Assembly: GCF_000738915.1 (NCBI RefSeq)
Contig: NW_026515634.1
Coordinates: 723,156-787,155 of the forward strand
Direction of reading: 5' to 3'
DNA length: 64,000 nucleotides
Source of the DNA: Nematocida ausubeli
Taxonomy: Eukaryota
Positions 28,819 to 40,271 of this stretch are shown here, in pieces (the stretch's first letter is position 1; each line of letters starts with the position of its first letter). A program made the translations under genes and the position numbers. The notes under the pieces are model-generated. The model ran no database searches. It was not told the origin of the DNA and was given only the letters and a program-made list of their open reading frames with translations.

Positions 28819-31668
28819 CTAAAAAAAAGACTTAATCCATGCAATACAAGATCTCACAATTCCTCTTACCCATTGGTATAAACTCTTTTTTATAACAATT
28901 GTTCCTGGGCACCGTCTTCCAAGTTGTTCTAATACTTTGTTGTATTTTTCTACACTCTGTTCACTGCCTTCTGAGCACAGCATAGTCTTATTTCTCTCTA
29001 AAACTAGAATAGTATTTATGAAGTATGGGATATGGTCTGATAGATTAGGATCATGTGGGGTAGTCAATTCTTCTGTTTTTATAAGGTTGTAAATAAGAAC
29101 AATGGCATTTAGGCTAGGGTTTGGCCCCATACATGCATTAATAAGCCAGCCCACGTAGATATAGTTGAGGCTTTCTTCTGGCGCCTTGGTTTTCTCAAGT
29201 ATAGATCGAAGCTTTGCAAATTGAGCTATTTTCCCTTGTGCCACTATAACATTAAATATGCTTCTGTTCTGCTGTTTGCTTCCCAGTAAAGAATACATAG
29301 CATTTCTACGTATGGGCTGATTGAGATAGTTTTCTATACATTTTACTGCAAATCCTATTGATTTCTTTTTTAGTATACATCCATACATAGAATCTATATT
29401 AGGCCTATAAGAATTTTGCACTAATATATTGTTGAATAATAAATAGCTAAGCTGTGGATAATGTGTCTGGCAACTTGAAAGGAAGAGAAGAGGGGACAGC
29501 ATACGGCCCCGTATATACTCTTTATCAAGTGGAGCACTTCCCAGAACGTTTGCAACAAAGCGTGTTGCAGGATTGGTTGGGCTCAATTCGTTTTCTATCA
29601 AGTGGAGTATAAATTGTTCTATAATATGGATCTTACACTCTTTGTTAGCAATCTTTCCTATTAAGAATAATTTAGATACATTTTCGTATCCAGTACTTAA
29701 AATAGCGTCTGTTCTCTCTATAGGATAACGCCAGCTATACCGCTGCGCCATAAAAGATGTATCTTCTATTTCCAAGTCAATGTACCGATTAACAGTATAC
29801 ATAATGTAGCTGCATGTGTCTGTATACATCCTTCTTACTTCTTCATACTGGTTTGTATTGCTAGAGTCTATGCCTGAACCCTCAATAAAATTAAAAGTAG
29901 CATAGTCTCTTTTTAGTTGTAATATAAAAGTGCTATTTTTATAGTTATGCGTAGAAACAATATGAATTCCACCAAGAATATCGGCGCTTTCATCTGGTCT
30001 GTGGCCCAGTTTCATGCCCCAATCCATTACTAATATGCCTAATTTAGGAGATGCTAAAGACCTAAAAACTTCCTGCATCTTAGATGCAATATCATGTATT
30101 TTGCTGATGTCTAGATTGTTTTCTCTACATCTTTCTTCTATATACTCAACTAGATCCACTATGTCTGTGCCAGTCTTCTGCCCGGTTATTTCTGCTATGA
30201 CAAGCAAAATATTTGCAAGACCAGACTCAAGCTGGTTTCTGTTGTGTCTGTACTGGATTTTCTTGTTGTCCAGGCAAGAAACGACCTTACTCCACTCCAT
30301 GTGCATTTCTAAGGTAATAGTGTCAGTTGGCTTAGGATACTTTTTAAAGAAGGCAGTTACTGCTGGGCTTACTTCTTCTCCCATGTGGCTGGTTTCGTAC
30401 TCTTTTTTCTCTGGGTTGTATGCCAAGCAGCAGAACAGCCCAAGAAGAGCTGTTTCTGTGTGGTTTATGTAGTCTAAAGTGCGGTCCTCCTCAAAGCCAG
30501 ATAGATCCTGCTTGTACTGCGGTACTTTGACAGCTATTGGAAGCGTGCTTTCCTTCCAGAAGGAAAAGGCTGCTTCTTCAGTTTTGTTCTTTACCAGATC
30601 ACAGAAAGACGTAATATATTTCATGCTTGCACTGGCAGACTCTTCGCGGAGGAACAGTTTATGGAATATTTGACTCTTCTTATTGCTACTTGCATTTCCT
30701 GTGTTATATTGGTCTATGGCAGCCTGCTGCTCTTCCTTAGCACCGCTCTGGCCAATGAGAAGCTCGCTCTTCTCCTCTTCTGTCATTTGGTCAAGAAGCA
30801 GCTCATGCACTGCCTCCACAAAACTTGCATACTCCGCAAAGCTGTCAATGAAGTGATATATGTACGTCTGCATGAGGAACTCTAAGCTGTTCAAAAAGTC
30901 TCCCGTGTCAAATGCCTCCTGGCTGGACGGCATTACAAATGCGGGTGCTTTTCTAATTACTATTCTGTCTTTGCACCGTACACAGAAGTTGACAATCTCT
31001 TCCACTTCACTTTGGTAAATGCTGTCGATGCGCAGATTTGTAGCAGGGTCAATGCCTGCAGTGTACAGCTCTACATCTGCAAACTTTTTTCCCTTGCATG
31101 TCTTGCTCTTTATGACAAGTCTCTTTTTCTCCCCTGAGTGGTCCACGCCTATTTGGACGTCAATCTCTTCTGAAAGAAGCAGCAGCGCTGCAAGAATGTA
31201 CTTGGCATCCTGCTTAACATGGTCTGCCCTTAAGAAGTTTGTAAGTGCATTTGGCCGGGTAGTCTCAATTGAGAGGTCTCCATGCTCGGATGGAAACATC
31301 TTTAAGAGCTGTGCATGGTACGCGCTGAGATATCTTCCATCAGAGCCACTAACACCCAGCTCTTTGTATATCTTATCATTTGCAGGCGTTCTTGTAAATC
31401 CGTACTTTTGTGTGCTGTTAACTGCCGATCCATTTTCATATAACGCATAGTCTGTTTCTATTTCAGGAGAAAAAACCGCTTGTTGTACATGTATCCGTTT
31501 TGGAAGCCCATATATCCGCAATAGCAGATTCAGAGGGCCCTCTGGGTTAATGAATAGCCGTTGGCTGCCTTTTATCTTAGTTTCATGCGCTCTTCTTATA
31601 TCTTCCACAGAAACTCTTGCAAAGAGATTCTGCACCATAAACAAACTAGCAATCACCCTGTAGATCAT
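28819..31668 (-). CDS. Secreted-type large-gene-family protein (Nematocida-type), 949 aa
   Basis: Signal-peptide-like N-terminus; family blocks FSPEIE, LLKMFPS, KYILAALLLLSE, FLMQTYIYHFI, ETALLGLFCCLAY. Confidence 0.88.
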   Translation of the reverse strand: MIYRVIASLFMVQNLFARVSVEDIRRAHETKIKGSQRLFINPEGPLNLLLRIYGLPKRIHVQQAVFSPEIETDYALYENGSAVNSTQKYGFTRTPANDKIYKELGVSGSDGRYLSAYHAQLLKMFPSEHGDLSIETTRPNALTNFLRADHVKQDAKYILAALLLLSEEIDVQIGVDHSGEKKRLVIKSKTCKGKKFADVELYTAGIDPATNLRIDSIYQSEVEEIVNFCVRCKDRIVIRKAPAFVMPSSQEAFDTGDFLNSLEFLMQTYIYHFIDSFAEYASFVEAVHELLLDQMTEEEKSELLIGQSGAKEEQQAAIDQYNTGNASSNKKSQIFHKLFLREESASASMKYITSFCDLVKNKTEEAAFSFWKESTLPIAVKVPQYKQDLSGFEEDRTLDYINHTETALLGLFCCLAYNPEKKEYETSHMGEEVSPAVTAFFKKYPKPTDTITLEMHMEWSKVVSCLDNKKIQYRHNRNQLESGLANILLVIAEITGQKTGTDIVDLVEYIEERCRENNLDISKIHDIASKMQEVFRSLASPKLGILVMDWGMKLGHRPDESADILGGIHIVSTHNYKNSTFILQLKRDYATFNFIEGSGIDSSNTNQYEEVRRMYTDTCSYIMYTVNRYIDLEIEDTSFMAQRYSWRYPIERTDAILSTGYENVSKLFLIGKIANKECKIHIIEQFILHLIENELSPTNPATRFVANVLGSAPLDKEYIRGRMLSPLLFLSSCQTHYPQLSYLLFNNILVQNSYRPNIDSMYGCILKKKSIGFAVKCIENYLNQPIRRNAMYSLLGSKQQNRSIFNVIVAQGKIAQFAKLRSILEKTKAPEESLNYIYVGWLINACMGPNPSLNAIVLIYNLIKTEELTTPHDPNLSDHIPYFINTILVLERNKTMLCSEGSEQSVEKYNKVLEQLGRRCPGTIVIKKSLYQWVRGIVRSCIAWIKSFF

Positions 31669-31817
31669 TTAATGGAAAATGAAAAATTTTAACTTAACTA
31701 CTACAGCACCTGGTTTAAGTTGCACTGAAATAACAGCTATTTCAGGTATATAACTCGAACAACTTTTCCAGCACATTTATGGCGTACTTTCACATATTCA
31801 TTCAATCATATGAAGTG

Positions 31818-31913
31818 GCAATGTATTTAAAAATGACAGAGTACTTAAGACAAATTTATTATAAGTGCAGAAGCCAAGAGTATTTTTTCTAAAAATAAAA
31901 GTTGTTTTCTTAG
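31818..31913 (-). repeat. 96-bp inverted repeat copy (partner at 40272-40367), cut off by the gap
   Basis: Reverse complement matches 40272-40367 with about 2 mismatches. Confidence 0.92.
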
Positions 31914-32878
31914 NNNNNNNNNNNNNNNNNNNNNNNNNNNNNNNNNNNNNNNNNNNNNNNNNNNNNNNNNNNNNNNNNNNNNNNNNNNNNNNNNNNNNNN
32001 NNNNNNNNNNNNNNNNNNNNNNNNNNNNNNNNNNNNNNNNNNNNNNNNNNNNNNNNNNNNNNNNNNNNNNNNNNNNNNNNNNNNNNNNNNNNNNNNNNNN
32101 NNNNNNNNNNNNNNNNNNNNNNNNNNNNNNNNNNNNNNNNNNNNNNNNNNNNNNNNNNNNNNNNNNNNNNNNNNNNNNNNNNNNNNNNNNNNNNNNNNNN
32201 NNNNNNNNNNNNNNNNNNNNNNNNNNNNNNNNNNNNNNNNNNNNNNNNNNNNNNNNNNNNNNNNNNNNNNNNNNNNNNNNNNNNNNNNNNNNNNNNNNNN
32301 NNNNNNNNNNNNNNNNNNNNNNNNNNNNNNNNNNNNNNNNNNNNNNNNNNNNNNNNNNNNNNNNNNNNNNNNNNNNNNNNNNNNNNNNNNNNNNNNNNNN
32401 NNNNNNNNNNNNNNNNNNNNNNNNNNNNNNNNNNNNNNNNNNNNNNNNNNNNNNNNNNNNNNNNNNNNNNNNNNNNNNNNNNNNNNNNNNNNNNNNNNNN
32501 NNNNNNNNNNNNNNNNNNNNNNNNNNNNNNNNNNNNNNNNNNNNNNNNNNNNNNNNNNNNNNNNNNNNNNNNNNNNNNNNNNNNNNNNNNNNNNNNNNNN
32601 NNNNNNNNNNNNNNNNNNNNNNNNNNNNNNNNNNNNNNNNNNNNNNNNNNNNNNNNNNNNNNNNNNNNNNNNNNNNNNNNNNNNNNNNNNNNNNNNNNNN
32701 NNNNNNNNNNNNNNNNNNNNNNNNNNNNNNNNNNNNNNNNNNNNNNNNNNNNNNNNNNNNNNNNNNNNNNNNNNNNNNNNNNNNNNNNNNNNNNNNNNNN
32801 NNNNNNNNNNNNNNNNNNNNNNNNNNNNNNNNNNNNNNNNNNNNNNNNNNNNNNNNNNNNNNNNNNNNNNNNNNNNNN
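31914..32878. other. Assembly gap (965 N)
   Basis: Run of N. Confidence 1.
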
Positions 32879-33110
32879 TTCTTTCCCAGAGTTAGAAATG
32901 CAGATGTATGCTGGTCTTTGCCTTCCAAGATTTCGTTGTAGACTACTAGAATATAAGAGGCTTTGTTTTTTTCTGCTAAAATTAAATTAATTAGAGTTAA
33001 TTCGGGAATACTTTTAATTAAAAGTATATTAATTTTAACTATAAGCACAGAATACTGATAAATTGCTAATTTTATGGTCTATAAATAGACAACAAAAAGT
33101 AAGCTATAGA

Positions 33111-36100
33111 ATGTTTAGTATAATGAAGTCTAATCTTTCGAAGAGAAAGAACCAGCTATTAGAGAATAAAGAAGTAGAAACAGAAGACTTAAGAACACAC
33201 AAGATAAGACAAGAGAAAAAGGAAAGAGCTATCTGCAGAGCAAAGATATACATGCTCATTGGAGTAGCTATATTGTGCCATGTGTGGGACAAAGTATTGA
33301 CAGTGGACAGGCTAAGAAATTTCCAGATAAAAGCTGCTGCTATTTCTGAAGAAACAAAAGAAGGCAGCCAAGGTGGAGAGAAATTCACAGTAGAAGAAAT
33401 AGCTAGAAATATTGGATTTATGAGTAGGAAGAGGTTTTTGTCACCCGAGATACAGCTAGACCACTCTATAGAAGTTCTCAAAAAAGACTCTGAAAATATA
33501 GAGGCGTGCAATGAAGATAACTCGGATAAGCACATTCCAAGTGATTCTATTATCTACAAACATACACGAAAATTCAACCAGGACAGATTACGTAATAACC
33601 CTCTATATGAAGATGGTCTACTCAAGTACAATAATGGATATTTTAACATGCTTCTTGAGCTGTTTCCCTCGCTAGGTGGATTTGCGTCAATATGTTCAGA
33701 AGATGTTTGTTCTTTTTATGAATTTATTAACAGAGCTTCTGTAGAAAAGAATAAGCACAAAATACTTGCCTCGCTGCTGCTTCTTGCAGAAGGAGTGAAT
33801 GTGCCACTGGAAGTTAATAAAGGTGAAAGAACTGATCTGGTTCTTAAGAAGGCAGATGGAAAGGAAGAGCACTTCAGAATTAATATGACTTTTATGGCTA
33901 ACAAGAATAAATATAAGAAAAAACCCACAGGCGTGCATGAAAAGGTATTGCAGGAAAAGGCAATTAATGTTATAAACTTCTTTATAGAAAGCAGAGAAAA
34001 TCCAGTTTACAAAAAAGAGGAGCCCACTCTACAGTCACTTTTCTGTAGAAAGCTTGTGGATAACAAGTTTTTAAACAGCCCTAGCTTCCTTATACAAGCT
34101 TATATATATCACTACATAGAGAAGACTGAGGAGATGGTTTTATTCATTCAAACAGTGCATGATCTACTAAATGAGTTTATAGATAAGAAAGAAGGAGTTT
34201 CAAGAGAAGTGCGCATAGAAGAGGCTGTGAATAATCTTCTAAGTTTGTATATGGAGGAGATATGTGTCAAACCAGAAGATAAAAAGCCTAATAACAAAGC
34301 TGCAGTGCAAAAAAAGAGTGTGTGTGCCGAATGCAATATACCAAAGAAATATATTTCAATTGGAAGAAGAAGAATAGATATAACTCATCTGGCAAAAAGA
34401 TCTCTGTACAATGATTTCAGAAACCAAGTGTTTCATAAGCTATGTCTCGAACCACTTGAGGATCCTGCTTCTAAAAAAGAGAATATGGATAGCAGTATGG
34501 GCCAGACTAACTATTGTGAGACAGCACTGTTTGGCCTATTCTGCTCAGCTGCATATAGACAAAATGAGAATATATATACAGTTCACGATGTAAAGTCTGC
34601 CTCTAAGGAGCTAAGAGGCTTTTTCAGAAAGTACATGATCGCCCCCACAGACAGGGCAATCATAAAGAGAATGCACCAAGACTGGGTAGATGATGTAGTG
34701 TTTGGAGAAAATAACCAGGGAACACAATATATGTGGATAGATGGAAAAACACTTATGCCAGGATTGATAAATATACTGTATGGATTTTCAAAGATAGCAG
34801 GTATATGTGACTTAAGTAAGATAAATGAGATTAGAAGAAGGGTGGATGATATGAACATTAATGGTTCCGTAGATGACTCTAATAAAATAGAGAAAGAAAA
34901 GAAGGAAGGACTTGAGAGTATAATAAGCGCATATATGACTGAGCTAATTAAGAAAATTGCGTTAGGTTATGATGTTAGTGTTCAGACATCCATTAACTCT
35001 AAAATGTCTTTTAAAGATGGTTGCAGTGATGTATTTGGGGGCCTAAAAATATCTTATACTCCCATTAATGAACAGGACAGGGATGATTTCCAAACTTATT
35101 CATATTGTTATGAATTTAATATATGTCCTGATTGTTCTAATGATGGTAAAGAACTGGCATGGACAACCAATTTTAATGCTTTTCACTTACAAGAAATATC
35201 AAAAAAGCTAAAATTAAAGAAAAAGAAGAAAGAGAAGAAGAAAGAGAAAAAGCAAGAGAAGAAGGTAGAGAAAAAGAAGGAATTGTCTATTATAGAGAAA
35301 GTTGAATTATATGTAGGTGAAGAAATACAGTTAAGTAGAAAAAAGGCAGAAGAATGTAAGAAAAACTCTAAGTTGAATAAACAAGAGCAGCCCAAGCATA
35401 GCTATGCCGACTGGAGCGAGAGTATTAACACGCTTCTGCTTGATCCACAAATCTATTTGGGTAAGGATAGAAGAACAATTCTATGCGGGTTATTTCTATT
35501 CGCAAAAGGCCAAGATTTTGAAGAAATCCATCCTCTTGCATGTTTAGCAGAGAATATTATGAAAAATTCTTGCCATAATTTTAATACTACTAAAGGTGAA
35601 GTGCTTATAATGCATAGCTTGGAGATAGCAGACAAGTGCTATCCAAATACACCCATAGACATGGATGCATTTAAAGAACGCCCTAATTGTTTTATAACTG
35701 CATTAAAACATGTATTAATATTAGCAACTGATGCAAAATACATAAGCCATAAAAAATATGCTGATATAATCACAGACTTAATGATTAAATTCCGAGAAAC
35801 GTGCTTGGAAGATAGCTACTATTCAAGTTTGGAGTCATTTGCTAAAGAGCTGGATGAGGACAAAAGAATTTTACTTATAAAGATTTTGACACGGAATGGA
35901 CACAATATTAAGCATATTACTAAAATTGTTCAATCTATGCAGAAAATAGAGAAAGAACATTCAGTTGCCGATTATGAGAAGCATAGTAACCAGTTCCTGC
36001 TATGGTTTATTTGGGCCATAAAGGAAAGTAACCATAAGAGTTTTTTTACTAAACTAAAAAAATGCCAGGGATTAATTGACATAGCAGAGATAGAAAAAAT

Positions 36101-36179
36101 TAATAGTGAGACATTTTCTTCTAAATGGGGTATAGACATAAATATACCAGAACTGCTTAAAGAGATAAGATACACATGA
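33111..36179 (+). CDS. Large-gene-family protein (~1020 aa)
   Basis: KRFLSPEI, LLELFPSL, HKILASLLLLAEG, FLIQAYIYHYI, ETALFGLFCSAAY; hydrophobic segment near the N-terminus; first ATG at 33111. Confidence 0.88.
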   Translation: MFSIMKSNLSKRKNQLLENKEVETEDLRTHKIRQEKKERAICRAKIYMLIGVAILCHVWDKVLTVDRLRNFQIKAAAISEETKEGSQGGEKFTVEEIARNIGFMSRKRFLSPEIQLDHSIEVLKKDSENIEACNEDNSDKHIPSDSIIYKHTRKFNQDRLRNNPLYEDGLLKYNNGYFNMLLELFPSLGGFASICSEDVCSFYEFINRASVEKNKHKILASLLLLAEGVNVPLEVNKGERTDLVLKKADGKEEHFRINMTFMANKNKYKKKPTGVHEKVLQEKAINVINFFIESRENPVYKKEEPTLQSLFCRKLVDNKFLNSPSFLIQAYIYHYIEKTEEMVLFIQTVHDLLNEFIDKKEGVSREVRIEEAVNNLLSLYMEEICVKPEDKKPNNKAAVQKKSVCAECNIPKKYISIGRRRIDITHLAKRSLYNDFRNQVFHKLCLEPLEDPASKKENMDSSMGQTNYCETALFGLFCSAAYRQNENIYTVHDVKSASKELRGFFRKYMIAPTDRAIIKRMHQDWVDDVVFGENNQGTQYMWIDGKTLMPGLINILYGFSKIAGICDLSKINEIRRRVDDMNINGSVDDSNKIEKEKKEGLESIISAYMTELIKKIALGYDVSVQTSINSKMSFKDGCSDVFGGLKISYTPINEQDRDDFQTYSYCYEFNICPDCSNDGKELAWTTNFNAFHLQEISKKLKLKKKKKEKKKEKKQEKKVEKKKELSIIEKVELYVGEEIQLSRKKAEECKKNSKLNKQEQPKHSYADWSESINTLLLDPQIYLGKDRRTILCGLFLFAKGQDFEEIHPLACLAENIMKNSCHNFNTTKGEVLIMHSLEIADKCYPNTPIDMDAFKERPNCFITALKHVLILATDAKYISHKKYADIITDLMIKFRETCLEDSYYSSLESFAKELDEDKRILLIKILTRNGHNIKHITKIVQSMQKIEKEHSVADYEKHSNQFLLWFIWAIKESNHKSFFTKLKKCQGLIDIAEIEKINSETFSSKWGIDINIPELLKEIRYT

Positions 36180-36929
36180 TGTGTTAAAGAAGGTAGAGAA
36201 GAGTGCGAATAAGTTTGCATAAATTCTAAAATTACCCAATGAATCTTAGTACAAGTAAGAAGGCTTTAAATAAACAAAGTGGTTTAAAAATGTGTTATAC
36301 TTCTTGTGTGTGCCTGTGTAAATAGGCTATTTTAAAATATATCACTTAAGAGTGCACTAACTAGCAGTGGCTAGAATTATTCTAAAGCGAGTCTATTTGG
36401 TTTTGTACACTGGCATATTAACAGCTGGTTACTGCATATTTCCTATGAATAAAATGTTTTAATTTTAGCTGTGCTACTTGAAGAAGCTTTGTAAAAGTAT
36501 TTTAGCTAGAATTTGGATTGTATCAGGCCAATAAACGTATATGGTGTGTATAAAGTGTAGTAAACCACTACATCATTATCCCAAGGCCATGAGAGAACAT
36601 CACAGATGGAAAATAATTCCAGAAAGAATTCTATAAATAAAAAGACCACTAAGCGTATGAAAATATTAAAAGAAGCGGTACATGCTAGCAGTAAGAAATA
36701 CATCTAACAAGAATAGAAAAGGGTACAGTCACCAAAAACATCCAGATAGTAAATATAAACCTCTCTTGGCAACTACCCCGTATATTATACTACCTCCTGA
36801 CTGGAACTTTGCCCCTCTTTTGAACATATCAATTCTATCATTCAGATTGGAAAACTCCGTAATAAAAAGAAATCTCTGATAAAGTGGAATTTTCAAAAAT
36901 ATAAATATTGAAATTTTTTAGATAAGAAT

Positions 36930-39900
36930 ATGAAATTAGATATACAATTGAAGAGTAAAGAAGTAGGAACAGAAGACTTAAGAACTCACAAGATAAGACA
37001 AGAGGAGAAGGAAAGAGCTATCTACAGAGCAAAGATATACATGCTCATTGGAGTAGCTATACTGTGCCATGTGTGGGACAGAGTATTGACAGTAGATGAG
37101 CTAAGAAATGTCCAGATAAAAGCTGCTGCTATTTCTGAAGAAACAGAAGAAGTCGGCGTAGATAGTAGAATAATGCCAGTGCTAAAAGAAGAAGCCAGAA
37201 ACATTGGGTTTATGCACAGAAAGAGGTTTTTTTCGCCTGAGATAAAGCTAGACCACTCTATAACACATGATAAGTTTTACAATGAATCTACTGACTACAT
37301 AAATTCACGAGACTGCAGTCTGGACAAAGTACGTGATGATAATGAGCTTTTATATGAAGGTGGCTTGCTCAAGTACAAAAAAGAGTACTTTAATACGCTT
37401 CTTAACATGTTTCCCTCACTAGGTGAATGTGTGTCCATATTGTCAGACGATCTTGACTCTTTCTATACATTTATTAATAGTGCTAATGTAAAAGAGCATA
37501 AGTACAAAATACTTGCCTCATTGCTAATGCTTGCAGAGGGAAAGCGTGTACCACTCTCATTTAATAAAAGTTATAACAGAACAGAGCTCGTTCTGAGGAA
37601 GACAAATAGCGAAGAAGAGCACTTCAGACTCAACATGAATGTGTTGGTTAAAACTAGCAAAGAAGGAACAGAGTCTACAGATGTGTTTGAAGAGGTGCTG
37701 CAAGAAAAGGCAATTGAAGTTATAAACTTCTTTATAGAAAACAGAGAAAATAAGGTCTTTATAGAAGAGAAAGATAGCTCAGAGCCATCTGACTGTGATA
37801 TGCATGAGAAAGCTCAGTTTGTAAACAGCCCAGCCTTCCTTATACAAACCTATATACACTACTGCCTAGAAACTACCAAAGAGGCAGTTTTATTCATTCA
37901 CACAGCCTATTGCTTGCTAGGCGAATGGATGCTACAGAAAGAAGAATCCTTGAGAAAAGAGAAGATGGAAAACATTGCAAGATATCTAATAAGTAGATAT
38001 ATAGAGCAAGAAGGAGAGAGAAGAGCTGAGAGGGATAATGCTTTTTTCAAATCCATAGTGTCAGAAGAGAATCGCCCATTTGATATAGAGAAGATCGACA
38101 TAACTCATATGAAGAAAAAGCCTCTGCAAGATGATTATATTTGTTTGCTCGGAGATCTTTTATATGTAGGTGTAGCTTCAGATGTTGTTCCTGTCCCAAT
38201 GAAGACAAACAATTTGAGCTCTTCTTCTCCTGCGCTTGGAATAAATTCCCTAGATGACAAGCATATTCAAGAGGATGCTAAGCCCGCACTATCGTCTGGA
38301 TTTACTGACCCTGCAGAGACAGTGCTTCTAGCCATCCTAATGTCTATTGCATATGATGCTAAGAATAATATATACAGAGTTGACCACATAGAGTCTGCGT
38401 CTGAGGAGCTGAAAAGCTTTTTCAAGAAATATTCGAGCGTGCGTGAACGAGTAGGAAAGGAAATGCACAATGACTGGAACAAAGTAGTGGGGGGCCTGCC
38501 CAATCCAAAAATACGCTATATGCGACCAGACAGAAATCAGCTTGCGCTCGGCATGATCAATATGCTGTATGTTATTAAAGAGATAACAGGTTTCAGTGAT
38601 ACAAAGAATCTGAAGATAGATAGGCTTAGAGACTTGATGGATGCGATAAATAATGATGAGATTATTATTAGTAATTGCAATAAGGTTACAGATATGGATG
38701 AGTTTAGCGAAAAGGCGAATATTAAAATGGATCTCATAGACATGTTTAATAAAAAAATCCAGAGGATGCAAACATTTCTTAAAGAGAAGCAAAAAGTTCT
38801 TGAGAAGAAACAAATAGTGCTTAAGGAAAAAGAATTGTTTAAAGAGAAAAATCCAGAAATTGAAGAACGTTTAGCTATGGTGGAGGCAGAGATAGAGGAA
38901 TTGCAGAAGGAGAATGATCAAAGAAATCAAGGTTCTATCCTTGATTTTACAAGTGAGTACAGAACTAGATGTGAATCTAGAAAGAAATGCCTAGAAGATG
39001 ATGTATTTGAATATCTAAATGAAATTATTAAGAGATTTTCATTCAATAACAATATCAAGTTATGTCTATCTAAGCATAAATGGGTTACTAATGAAAAGTA
39101 CAGTGATCTTGAAGAAAGAATAGAAATCGAATATAAACTAAATGAGCATTTGGAAGACGAATATCACTATTCAGTTAGTATTTCGATTGGAATTGGCTCG
39201 GAACTGGGAAAAGATCATATCGAGTTAAATAAAACTAAGCAGGATATATACGAATCTACAGAATCGCCTATTATAGGGATGCTTAGTTCCTATACAGATA
39301 AAGGTATCAAGACAAGTGAACCCAAAGAAGAGAATAGGAACCCCTCTACACTGAATAAACATGTGGGTCCTACTTTTTTGTATGGAAAAGAGCACAGGGT
39401 TGTTGATATTCTCCTGCTTAATCCTCCAATCCATAATATGGATCACATAAACCAAAATGTATGGCTGCTGCTTCTATATGGAATGGAAAAAAAACTTGAC
39501 AAAAATCATCCTTTTTTACGCCTAGCAGATAACATCTTGGGCAGTGCTTGCTTTATGGATAGTGAGATTAGAAATACAATGTTTATATTTCTTAGTCACA
39601 TCCCAGTAGATAAGCATTATCCGCTAACAGGAATAGACAAGAGTATAGATGAAAAATATATTCCATCCACAATACGTGATGTATTATACTTAGCACAAAT
39701 TACAAAATTTGTATCGCAGACAACGTATGCCAATATACTAACTGACTTAATGATTAGTTTGCAAAGAAAATGTAGTAATGATAACTACAAATCCAATGAT
39801 CTTCCTGAAGACCAGGTTTCTATAATTCTATCCGAACCTTTGCTTATCGAGATTTTAACACTGAATGGAACCACTATGGACTATATTACTAAAATTATTC

Positions 39901-40223
39901 AATCTATGGAGGGAGTAGAAACTAAGTATACAGCTAGTGATTGTAAGAGATTTGGCAACCGGCCTTTGATGTGGATTATTTGCTCCGCACAAACATTTAA
40001 ATATACAAGATGGTCTAATATAGCACAAGAATGCTATAACTTAATTGATATAGAAATCGCCACCGATGATGGTGCCTATATGTATTATTGTAGTGACAAG
40101 TGGACTGGAAAGATAAAAAATGTGCTTAAAGAGATAGAAGACCTAGTGTGTGTTAAGAAAGATAGGGAGAGTATGGAAAGGTTTTCAAAAATTCGACGTT
40201 ATTTTCCATATGCTTTTTGGTAA
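36930..40223 (+). CDS. Large-gene-family protein (1097 aa), tandem paralog
   Basis: Same family blocks; N-terminus nearly identical to the upstream paralog; coiled-coil insertion. Confidence 0.9.
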   Translation: MKLDIQLKSKEVGTEDLRTHKIRQEEKERAIYRAKIYMLIGVAILCHVWDRVLTVDELRNVQIKAAAISEETEEVGVDSRIMPVLKEEARNIGFMHRKRFFSPEIKLDHSITHDKFYNESTDYINSRDCSLDKVRDDNELLYEGGLLKYKKEYFNTLLNMFPSLGECVSILSDDLDSFYTFINSANVKEHKYKILASLLMLAEGKRVPLSFNKSYNRTELVLRKTNSEEEHFRLNMNVLVKTSKEGTESTDVFEEVLQEKAIEVINFFIENRENKVFIEEKDSSEPSDCDMHEKAQFVNSPAFLIQTYIHYCLETTKEAVLFIHTAYCLLGEWMLQKEESLRKEKMENIARYLISRYIEQEGERRAERDNAFFKSIVSEENRPFDIEKIDITHMKKKPLQDDYICLLGDLLYVGVASDVVPVPMKTNNLSSSSPALGINSLDDKHIQEDAKPALSSGFTDPAETVLLAILMSIAYDAKNNIYRVDHIESASEELKSFFKKYSSVRERVGKEMHNDWNKVVGGLPNPKIRYMRPDRNQLALGMINMLYVIKEITGFSDTKNLKIDRLRDLMDAINNDEIIISNCNKVTDMDEFSEKANIKMDLIDMFNKKIQRMQTFLKEKQKVLEKKQIVLKEKELFKEKNPEIEERLAMVEAEIEELQKENDQRNQGSILDFTSEYRTRCESRKKCLEDDVFEYLNEIIKRFSFNNNIKLCLSKHKWVTNEKYSDLEERIEIEYKLNEHLEDEYHYSVSISIGIGSELGKDHIELNKTKQDIYESTESPIIGMLSSYTDKGIKTSEPKEENRNPSTLNKHVGPTFLYGKEHRVVDILLLNPPIHNMDHINQNVWLLLLYGMEKKLDKNHPFLRLADNILGSACFMDSEIRNTMFIFLSHIPVDKHYPLTGIDKSIDEKYIPSTIRDVLYLAQITKFVSQTTYANILTDLMISLQRKCSNDNYKSNDLPEDQVSIILSEPLLIEILTLNGTTMDYITKIIQSMEGVETKYTASDCKRFGNRPLMWIICSAQTFKYTRWSNIAQECYNLIDIEIATDDGAYMYYCSDKWTGKIKNVLKEIEDLVCVKKDRESMERFSKIRRYFPYAFW

Positions 40224-40271
40224 GAAAGCTTTAATAACCCAAAAAATAGTGGCTAAATATAATTCCAAGTG

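Noticed and set aside
31798..33048. Long ORFs on both strands across the gap
   Set aside because: Artefacts of translating N runs.
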